The notes under the pieces are model-generated. The model saw only the letters and a program-made list of their open reading frames with translations, was not told the DNA's origin and did not search any database. Shown here one piece after another: positions 39,856 through 50,000 of a stretch of 64,000 bases of DNA. Source of the stretch: Yuukianura sp. NJ FZ-2021 (Eukaryota). The stretch spans positions 5,456,001-5,520,000 of the forward strand of contig CM102283.1 in NCBI GenBank assembly GCA_046563655.1, in the 5' to 3' direction. Positions within the stretch are counted from its first letter, which is position 1. Every line of letters begins with the position of its first letter. Position numbers and translations under genes: made by a program.

Positions 39856-42478
39856 ATGAGGACAAGAGTGATGTTGTGCGGTGACATTGGGCGAGTATTG
39901 TTCTTCTTCTACCTCTTATGTCACCTCAGCCTAAGTTTTGGAGCGCCGTTTAGTGACCTCAGTGACCTCGACGTCCTCACCTTAATTGACCCCATCACGC
40001 AGTTTGAACAGGACAGTGAGCCTAAGAAGGTAGTTGTCAAGTCAGTGTTCAATGTACCCGTAAAGGTCACGCCTACGCTTGCGCCATGTCCCGAAGGAAC
40101 GCGGCGGGTCAACGAAAATGGACCGTGCGTCCCAAAAGTATCGGGAATCAAGTTGGATGATCAATTCCTCCTCCAGTCGTTTGCTTTTTACAATAGAAGA
40201 AGACCCACCTCCCCGAACCCACCAAATCGCAGAAGAAGAATCACCACCACGACGGCCCCACCAAGCCTCGGTAATAAAAAAAACACTACATTTAATACAT
40301 TAATTAAAATATAAAATTTGCACAATTCAATTTTTGACGTTTCCAAACAACATAAATTATTTTTTGAAGTCTCGTGCGAGTCATTCGTTAGTTTTTTTTA
40401 GTGCAATTTAATTTAATTTAGAATTAAATTTTAATTGGAATTACGAAATTTGTGATTTGCAGTTCCAACGTACGTGATTGAGGAAGTGGATCAACAACCC
40501 AACAATTTAGTTCCATTAAATCCATTGTACAGCAATAGCCAAAATCCAACTTCATCATCATCCTCTGATCTTGCTACACCCAACTCACAAAATCTCAATT
40601 TGCAGCATGGTAAATAACCATTACTCCAAAATTTTATTTCATCGTTTCTAATTTAATTAACTTTAACACTAAAGTGCAATCTAAGGCAACTGACAGGGCT
40701 TTAGCATGTGTAGAAACCTAAACGCAGTTGATATTGCTAAAATATCGGTTGGAGTAAACCTGAATTGCACCTATTGTAACCCCAAGGTGTAACTACTTAC
40801 ACAGTTTACACAGTTTTTGTTTCCTCTCAGTGGTTACACTTACAATGCAATTGTTAGGTTACGTTAGCTTTAGTTATTTTTGTTTTGTACCCACCGTATT
40901 GTAACCACCGGTTTAACTAGACAGTGGTTACAAAAATGGCGTCGGTAGTTACACTGTGAGGTTACAATGGGTCTAATTTGGTTTTGATTAACGAAAACAT
41001 CTTGTTTTCTATTTTCACACTATTTTCACTTTTTAAGTGCACTAGATTGTGCAAAATGTACAGTATGTGCAATATGTACAGAATGTCTCAGAAAATAAAC
41101 CTTTTTCTAACGAAACTCTTTTTCTTTTATTTTCTAGACGGCGTAATTTCTAGTTCTGCTTGTACTGGATCTGCTTCATGGCATTTAGTTTGCCTAATTA
41201 TTTTGACTTTTGCATGCTCCTGCTGGCTGTTCCAGCCCCACTTTAATTCCTAACACTTTTCCACTTTTACTACTGCTTCTGGTTGAGGTATAAATTGGCA
41301 CTGCTGCTGCCTTAAATTGCCGTTAAATTGCGTAAGTCATCTTTTTAAGTGCCTTACACAAGCAATTTCTAACTGAATGAGTTCTTTGTTCATTCCTTTG
41401 CAGCTAAAAGCTTTTGCCGCTCAGGTCGAATGTATTGACCTTGGGAGTTGTTTTTTCAATTGAACCTTGCTCTTTTTTAGTTAGTTTTTAACAATGTGCT
41501 AAAATGAATTTTTTCAATTGTTCCAGTCACGACAACAACAACAACAATGCCGACCACGACGACCATTTTGCCTGAATGGAGCACGGAAACGCCTACAAAA
41601 GAATCAATAGAAATTTCAGCCACCACCCCATCCACATCCGCATTCAACAAATCCCAGGAAACAAAGTCAAACTATAGCGCAGGTATCGTTCACCGTTAAT
41701 GAAAAAAAAATTCTGTTTTGTTGACTTTTCATTTGATGAAAAACAACTTTTTTTTGTGTCCAGAGACTACAACACATCCTTTAGAAAATTTCGAAGCTAC
41801 TACAATGGCTGCTGAACGAACTTTAGAAGTTAGGGATGAAACGATGTTTATGGAACCGGAGACGCTGCCAAAGTGTACTACTGTTATAACAGATGAAATT
41901 GGTGCAGCGTCTACTACAACAAATCATGCAACTACTTTGACCTTAACGGAGGTCAGTGATCCGGTTGTGACCTCCACAACATTAGCAAGTAACCAGATTG
42001 TGACTTCGACAACATTAGCAAATGACCAGGGTGTGACCTCAACATTAGCAAGTGACCAGGGTTTGACTCCAACAACATTAAGAAGTGAGCCGGTCGTGAC
42101 CTCGACGACATTGACACTTGAGCAGGGTGTGACCTCGACAACCTCAACAGACTCCGAAGTAGAAATGGCGGCTGAAACGGAGGCATCGTCGACTCATGAA
42201 GAGCAAGTGACGAGTCCAGCGCGTATGTCAAACACGGACTTCGCGCCTTTTCTGTTCCCAACGTCATCGGAAGGTATTTAAAACGTTTTTCTTGTACATG
42301 GTTAGTTAACGAAAATATAATGCTTAGTTTCGTAAACAGGTTTAGACGTTGTGGATGAACCGACGACGATTTCTTCTCCGCCGACCGAAGTCCAGTCCTC
42401 TGTTCGGATCTTGTTTCCAGATGAGGACTATTCGCAATGGGCAGTATCTGACGATGACATAATACGGTTTATCGACTG
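39856..42478 (+). CDS. Secreted Thr-rich protein, possibly Folded gastrulation (Fog)-like; 3' end uncertain
   Basis: Hydrophobic signal (VLFFFYLLCHLSLSFG), Cys pair motif VPVKVTPTLAPCPEGTRRVNENGPCVPK..FLLQ recalling the Fog N-terminal domain, Thr-rich mucin exons, and late VRILFPDE. Confidence 0.5.
40769..40972. mobile_element. Intronic MITE-like foldback element
   Basis: ~28-bp imperfect inverted ends (ACCTATTGTAACCCCAAGGTGTAACTAC / GTAGTTACACTGTGAGGTTACAATGGGT) with internal TGTAACC/GGTTACA repeats. Confidence 0.6.
41960..42145 (+). repeat. Coding minisatellite (33-36 bp; VTSTTLASDQG-type repeats)
   Basis: About 5-6 copies of GTGACCTCGACAACATTAGCAAGTGACCAGG-like units inside the mucin exon. 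Confidence 0.8.
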
Positions 42479-43110
42479 AATGAGGCGAAGTCGTTAAATT
42501 CTTCCAGATTGAAGCTATACAACCAAGAAGAATTAAGGATTTAGCCTAATCATGTCCGAAACACTGGTTCTTGGCCGCACAAGGTCACGGTAGAACTCGA
42601 AGGGCCTCGCCAATGCTATGGGTTCAAACTGAAAACAAGATTATTTCTATAACGGGAAGATGCAATCCCCAAACACATAGTCTACCGCTTATTTATTACA
42701 ACTAATAATATTTGTTCACTAAGCTAAATATAAACAAATGTGTTCATTTTTTTATGTATTTATAACCAATTTTAAAATTAATTGACAAATAAGTATTTTG
42801 ATCGTAATTAAAATTTTGAATGAAAATGAAGCGAGTTTGGCAATAAAGTTAACACTCAAATATCTGAAAAGACGCTACTTTCCGTTGCGCGCGTTTGGAC
42901 GCGGAAATCCGCGGTATCCGAGGATTGGACCTACCCAAAGCTGAATAAAAGACCTGTGACGAATTTGAAGTTTTGTGGAGAACATGTGTTTGTTTACAAA
43001 GTTACAAATTGCAAACCGTTGATTCGAATTGTCGAAAATCAACAAATTAAACATTGACATTTCGATTTCACTTTCACGGACCGATTTAAGACAAAAGTCA
43101 GTGAACGAGA

Positions 43111-45304
43111 ATGGTAGGTGAGCTTGGATGTCACGCTGTCCGACGAAGACGATACTCAACCTTCAAGTCCAAGTGTGCCAATTGCAGTGTCAAATCAACG
43201 AGTCATCTAGCATTTACTGATGCATTGCCGAAATGGATGGATTCGGATTGTTTTCAAGATACTCAGAAGGTCAGTTGGCCAATTTAATGAATTATGTTAA
43301 ACTGCTGGCGAAATTGTTTTTTGTTTCAATGGTTTTGCAGGAAGCCGAAGGAGATATTTCAGAAAACCACAAAGAGAAAGCTACAGAAAACGGCTGTGAT
43401 CAGGTCGAGGTCACCTGTAAGGGATCCAGAAAAGAAGAAATCGTCACAGTATTTGATGCCTTGGTCGCCGTGTTTGAGTTTAGTTGGAAGAACCGTAGGG
43501 AATCCAAGACTCAGAAAGAAAACCTTCGACTTTGCCGTACCTGTGCCTCCTGCCTCTCCCAAGTTCATGCCGGACTGCTAAAGTTCAAACTGTTATCCTC
43601 CGAAGCAAAACCGAAATCTTATCTTCATCCAATTGTATTCCGAACACGATCAACGAAATTTAATCAATCCAATGACTACGTGGAAAACGTCGGCGATGCA
43701 GATTTTGATGGTGATGACGATGTTGCTCCAACCTTGACCCGGGTCGATCATGACGAACCGCCATTGCCGTTGATCGGAGATGATGACGTCAAAGTCAAAA
43801 TTGAACAATTTGAGACGGATTCTTCCGCATTTGCTTACTTGGAAGATCCAAACTGGAGTAAGCCGAAACCAAGAAGAAAGAAGCGAAAGCTTACTGCTCC
43901 AGTTATTAGACGTGGAATAAAACGAAAACGCCGACTAAAACGAGAGGTCATTCAGACTTACGTTTGCAAAGAAGACCAATGTTCCTTTGAGACCCAGTGT
44001 AAAATTCAGTACAACGAACATCTATCCTCGATACATGGTGTTAAAGTAGAAGATGACGAGTTTCTAGTCCCACTGATCGCTCGTTTAGAATTCCACTCAT
44101 GCGTCGTTTGTGGTAGTACTTTTATTTCCAAAGAAGAACTTGATGAGCATTGTTCGTCCAAGCATGTACCATCTATACGGGTTCGTCCATATACTTGCTT
44201 GGAATGCTCAAAAACATTTTTTACTAGTCGTGACCTTAGAAGCCATGCTGAAACTCATGTGGCCACAAGCGGCTTTTCTTGCTCGCAATGTCCGTTTAAG
44301 ACAAGACGACCACAGGAACTGAACCGTCATTTAAAGTTGGTGCATGTGCAAGACAGGACGTTTTTCTGTGGCCATTGTGGAAAGGGATTCGTTCTTAGAT
44401 GGCAACTTGTTGACCATGAGAGACGTCACCACGAAAAACGTAGTTACCGATGTACAGAATCCGGTTGCGAAAAAACTTTCAAGACTCCTGCCAACCTTCG
44501 GCAACATCTCGAGCTGCACCGAGGATCTAAATACGTCTGCGACATTTGCGGCCAATCATATACGTAAGTTACAAAATTATTAACAAACATTGTACGTAAC
44601 AGTAGAAAATGTTAATATTTATTGTTTCTGTTGGCAGTCGGAAAGCGTATCTGAGGCTACACATGAATGGGACACATCTGATGTTACCCTTACCACAGTC
44701 AGTGAAGAGACAAAAACGAAATAAGGAAAGTACTACTGCAAAACCACCTCGGGCCAAGTCTGGAACCAAACGAGAACGTGTGAGACCGACGATTATTGTC
44801 GAAACCTGCGTAACAATTCAAGATTCAAAACTCGACGCGGAAGTTGGCTCTACTCTTCCCTCCCCTCATAACGAAACTGTAGCAGACGAAGAGACCCCGG
44901 AACAAGAGGAAGTCCAGGAGGAGGAAATACTGGGACTAGGATATTCCAAAGATAATGAAAATACTGAAGTGACAATGACAAACAATGACGATAGCACGTT
45001 CCACGATCAAGTGGATTTGGGTTCCACGGAGACGGAGGAAATCACTCAGATTCAAGACGCTCCTGTTTCTGCCTCTTCAGTTTCAAATATGGATCCTACT
45101 AACACTTTTGCACTTCCAGACGGACATCAGCTGATATGCTACCCCATGGGAATGAACATCATTTCGACGGAAGGTGGCAACACTTACTACATCACCACGA
45201 CAGGACCTGCGCCTGAGCAACCTCAAGTACTAGGCGAGGAGCCGGAGTCTACGCCAATCACAGTGTTTGGTTCGTTGACGGACTTTTTATCGAGTCAGCA
45301 GTAA
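43111..45304 (+). CDS. ZAD-like plus multi-C2H2 zinc-finger protein (3 exons)
   Basis: Exon 1 from ATG 43111 (CANC) splices in phase 0 to the 43341 exon (LCRTC). About 7 C2H2 fingers (e.g. CGHCGKGFVLRWQLVDHERRHH) and an acidic C-terminus. Confidence 0.85.
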
Positions 45305-45374
45305 TTAAACTTTAATTTGAAATTGATTATTTCTCCTATTAAATACGGGTCAGTCATATCATGTGATCTTTAGG

Positions 45375-45943
45375 TTACAGATAAGTGATTTCAGGTTCAT
45401 CGTGTTCTTCAGAGAAACTAAACGTGAGCCTGTTTGATGCAGCAGGAGTTTTTGGTTCTGCAAGGAAAGTGAAAAACTTAGAAAGTCAATTTCGTCGAAT
45501 TTTGGCGGGATTTTGAATTGAGGTCAAATTGATGATTGTACCTGGAGTTTCGGGTAACTTGATGTAGATTTCAGTGCTATCGAAAGTAACCAACCTTGGT
45601 CTCTGCTGAGCCGATGTCGCTGGTGTTGTGGATATAGGCGAAATAGCAGGATCTTGACCATCTACGTTAGTTTTGAGCAAATTGGACTAATGTTTTCACT
45701 AAATTTTACATTTCAGCAAGCAAGAAGATTCGGCATGTTAAAATTTTTAGACTCACCGATTATCTTAATTCGTTCCAAAGCCGCTGCAAAAGCTTCAGTT
45801 GCGCCTGCGTCCGGCTCTGAATGGACTTTGTACAGTAAGTAGCGAATTGCTTTTTCGAAAGCTTCACATACAGTGTCGTCTGCAAGAATGTTCATTTGAA
45901 TTTGTTCTTCCATCGTATGGGAACTGGGTTTCGGCTTTGGCAT
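45375..45943 (-). CDS. Unknown ~130-aa protein, 3 exons
   Basis: ATG 45943 (MPKPKP). Phase-1 GT-AG introns 45662-45756 and ~45458-45540 join in frame (IIG|DGQDP..ETP E|PKTP) and end EITYL-TAA. Confidence 0.6.
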
Positions 45944-46185
45944 TATTGAAAAAAGATGGACTTCAAGAATCAATTAACGCACGGCTTAACGAACAGACTA
46001 AAATTTATCAACTTTCGAGTTTCCACAATTGGCAAAATTTTATTTTTGTGCTAAATTTATCAGTTACAAGATTAGATACGAGTTAACTGAATCTTACACC
46101 TAATAGTCTAACCAAACACTTTGACGCAATCATACTTATGCCTACTTCTAAAATGAAAATTGGTTAATTGACAACGTTACCTTAA

Positions 46186-46665
46186 TTAAATATCTGTGTA
46201 GTAAAGGTTACGCGGTCCTTCGGTAGATAATGTAAAACCAAACCTAGGATTGCCCCAGAATTTGTTCGAATTTTCTAAATTTTTGTCAACTTCGAACTCC
46301 AATCGTGTTGCACCTCGTTGGCGACCCCAACTTGTAATGTGCTGTTTCATGTCGCTTCCAATTCCTCTTCTTCGATATGCCGGATCTACATAAAATTCAG
46401 CAATGACAACCACTATGGTCATGTTTGACTCTGTGCTGTAAGCATTGGACAATCCGACTGGTCGATTGTCCAAGTAGTACAGGAAGAGACCTCTTCCGCC
46501 TTCCAGAATTCGACGTTTCAGTAGCTGATCATACTCGACCGTGAATTCTTCTTTCGTTTTGGCAGCCATTTCCTCAGGCCAGTTCTCCGACATGTAGGTA
46601 AACATCATGTCCAAGAAAATGGGCCACTCAACAGTATTTGGATCAACTGGTCGAATGTCCAGCAT
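46186..46665 (-). CDS. GNAT-family N-acetyltransferase (intronless CDS)
   Basis: Motif A IAEFYVDPAYRRRGIGS and motif B NENSNKFW..FGF-like (NLENSNKFWGNPRFGF). A splice-acceptor-like TTTGTATTCCAG lies just upstream of the ATG. Confidence 0.85.
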   Translation of the reverse strand: MLDIRPVDPNTVEWPIFLDMMFTYMSENWPEEMAAKTKEEFTVEYDQLLKRRILEGGRGLFLYYLDNRPVGLSNAYSTESNMTIVVVIAEFYVDPAYRRRGIGSDMKQHITSWGRQRGATRLEFEVDKNLENSNKFWGNPRFGFTLSTEGPRNLYYTDI

Positions 46666-47033
46666 CGCGCAGACGCATTTGTTGTGCAGATCCTTCCCTG
46701 GAATACAAATTTGAACAAAAATATTTCGTTTTGAAAAAATTATAACAGAGATGAAAATTTTTATAAAACCTCAACGTAAAGTTTTTTTTTCACACCAATT
46801 CGATCCAACCTACACAAGTTCAAGTTGAATTTGAGATAAAAAAGTCATCGTTATGCAAATTGTCGTTAAATGAAGCAAATAGTGTGGCAGACGCTGTTTG
46901 ACATCATTTTGGTAACATCCGGAAGTGTGTTTTTATACGCCTGCGTAAAAATGCCAAAAACCATAACGAAGAAGAAATATTCGTAACCAGAAACAGTGCT
47001 TTAATAACTAGTTTTACTAATACTAAAAGCAAA

Positions 47034-50000
47034 TTACAATTTTTTGAATTTTAAAATGTAGGATTCAAAAAGTTTGAAAAACGGATTCTCCTCATCCTTA
47101 ACTTTTTCAAAATTGTTTGGATTTGAGCCAAATTCGTAATTCATTGCATCCCAGTAAACATCTCCAAAACCAAAAACGAATCCACTCATTCCAATTTCGA
47201 AACAACTTTTCAAAATTCCCTCCAAATAGGCTTCAGCTGTAGTAATTTCTCTGCAAACGCCAAATTCTCCAACGAAAATCCGGATTCCATGGGAATCGGC
47301 CCACGTTTTCGCTTTTTCAAATTTCGCCTTGATGACGTCATTGTTCCACGGGAGAATTGGGCCAAGTTGTCCTTCGTACATAGGAATTTCTCCTGGAAAT
47401 TTGAATCTTCCGCCATTTTTTCTTTGAGTAAATTTTCTTGGATCGTAAAAGTGAAATGACAGAAGAAGATTTGAATCTTTTGCAAAGAGTTTTGGTGGGA
47501 AAAGCGGTACAGCGTCGATATGGGCCCAGAATGATGGTTCCAGTATTATCGGTGTGATTGGATCCACTTCACGGATGGAATCGATCATGGTTAAGTAAAC
47601 CTGTAGTTCGGCGGGAACCTCTGAAATATGAATACATTAAAAACATAATTTAACATAATATACTATGTAATATAAAGTAATAACTTTAATTTTTTTACAT
47701 AATAAATTTAAATTTAATATTAGCACATTTTAAATTAAATTTGAGTCTCAATGTTATCAACCTTACCATTGTTTGGTTCAACACTTTCGAGTTCTGTAGA
47801 CTGCATGTCTTGTTCAGAAGCCAAGCTCGGTTCATTGATAATGTCGTAGCCTACGACATTTTTGAAAAACTTCAATTCTCCCGCGATGAAGTTCCAAAGC
47901 AGTGGACTTGCCAAATTATGATGGAGAGTTATGACGACTCGGATTCCAAAATTTTCAAAACTGCGTACCGTCTTTTTCAAATTTTCAATTTCCAAATTCG
48001 GATCCACCTTGAATCCAGAAAATTCGCAATCATATTTCGGTCCAATGCCGTTAACCCCTACGGCTCCGATTCGAACGCAAGTGACTCCCAAATTCGAAAG
48101 TATAGCTATCTGCTCAGCCCTGAGTGTCGACGGTACGTTGAAACCAATGAACGGTAAGTCCCAAAATCTCGACTTTTCGGTTTTCATCGTCAAAATTTCA
48201 GCTTCACTTAGGCGTTTCTCGGTATTTGAGGGCCACGATGGCCAACCTTGCAGCATATGGTGAATGTACATTTGGATTCTAGCTTCTCTGACTTCCGGTT
48301 TTGTATGTAAAGCTAATCCAACAGTGTCCGAATCCTCTGTTCTCGTCATAACCGCAACTGAACTCCTAGCGGTACTTAACTTTCTTAGTTGCCTGTTAAA
48401 TGCAACGCAATTCAAAAAAGTTTTTAAAAACGTTCTACAGAGGCTTCAAAAAAGTGTAAAAACTTAAAAATCCTAACCTGTTGAATTTATGATTGAGCAC
48501 AAATGACATCCAGTAGTCGTCGACTAAGTTGAAACTTGGATTTGGCATTTCCACGGACAAACATTCTCTCAGCGCCATTTTTGGAATTAAACAAGCATCG
48601 GCATGGACAAAATGAATGAATTGTTCTGGAGCTTCGTCCGATTTAAAACGCAAGTTTTCATAACTTGCCCAACTTCCCCGGGGATTCTCAAGGTCAAGTT
48701 TATGTGGCTGAAATACGTGACCTCTGACACACAGTACGTCTCGAGGGTATCTGGAGTGTCCGTTCATAAAGAAACTGACAAATCCTGGTCCAGGAATGAC
48801 ATCGTCATCACAAATCAGCAGTGCTTCACTTTTCATCAAAGGTGCAAGGGCAAGTCTGATGGCGCAGTAGTAGTTTTCAGATGAATCTATGACTTCAACA
48901 GATTTCGCTCCAGTTGATTTTTGAATGAAGGGAGCCGCGATTCTTCGTACGACTTCTGATCTGGCTGAGTTGTTGTTCCAAAGTATGATTTGCATGCTGC
49001 CGGAGTAGTCTTGGTTGTTCCAGAGAGCATTCAAGATTTTGGCCAAGTGGTGGGTTCTTTTGTAACAACAAATGGATATCGTCAAGTCGANNNNNNNNNN
49101 NNNNNNNNNNNNNNNNNNNNNNNNNNNNNNNNNNNNNNNNNNNNNNNNNNNNNNNNNNNNNNNNNNNNNNNNNNNNNNNNNNNNNNNNNNTTGGTGATCC
49201 CAGAGAGAGTTCAAGATGCTGGCCAAGTGGTGCGTTCTTTTGTAACAGCAAATGGAGATCGTCACGTCAAAATAAGTTTTCGGTGCCAAATTCGAATTTA
49301 AATCTCCCGCTGCCGCTGATAGGACGCTTCTTCGCTGGATTGTTTCAATAAAATGGCTCGTTTGGAATTTCGTTTTGTCCAGATTTTGCAAATATTCTAT
49401 TGCTAGTTTAATGTTTTCTTTTGTAACTAGTTCAGTAAGGTCCAAATTTTCATCTTCATGGTCATACAACAAGGGATACTGTTCTCCAATGTACTCTGTA
49501 CAAGACTTCATCTTTGGCACGACAATTGGAACATTTCGGTCAATACATTCCAGGATAATCGTGTTTGCCGCGCCTTCGTATTTAAGCGCCAAGAAAACAA
49601 CGGATTTAAGCAAAGTCTTCTCATAATCTTCTGCATTTTGTCTCGAACGAATTTGAATGTCTTGAGGTGCCTCAGCCGCCGCCAATTCGCCATCATTGTC
49701 ACTTCCAATCAAAACTTTTTGAAAATTTGGCGGGATTTTACATTTGAAAAACAGTTTCCAATTCCTGGCAAAACTTCCAATTAAAACAAAGTCGATGATT
49801 TTCCCTTTTTCCCAGCCATACAAAAGAGTGGAATTGCAGATTGTTGCGGAGGGAAGGATCGGGTAGAAGAGACGCTGAATTGGAATTGAGTTTGCCAAAT
49901 TCAAATTCTCCCGCAAATATTCTGCTTGAACTGTCGTGAGTGTGAATAGACCTCGGCAGTACTTCATTCCTTGTGCATATTTCTTGGTGCAGAGACGTTG

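Noticed and set aside
47735-48415. Separate GH5 genes at 47735-48415 and 47034-47588 as in the ORF track
   Set aside because: Each holds only half of the catalytic pair (NEP versus EFG), the first lacks an ATG at its start, and phase-compatible splice sites join them to the upstream ORF.
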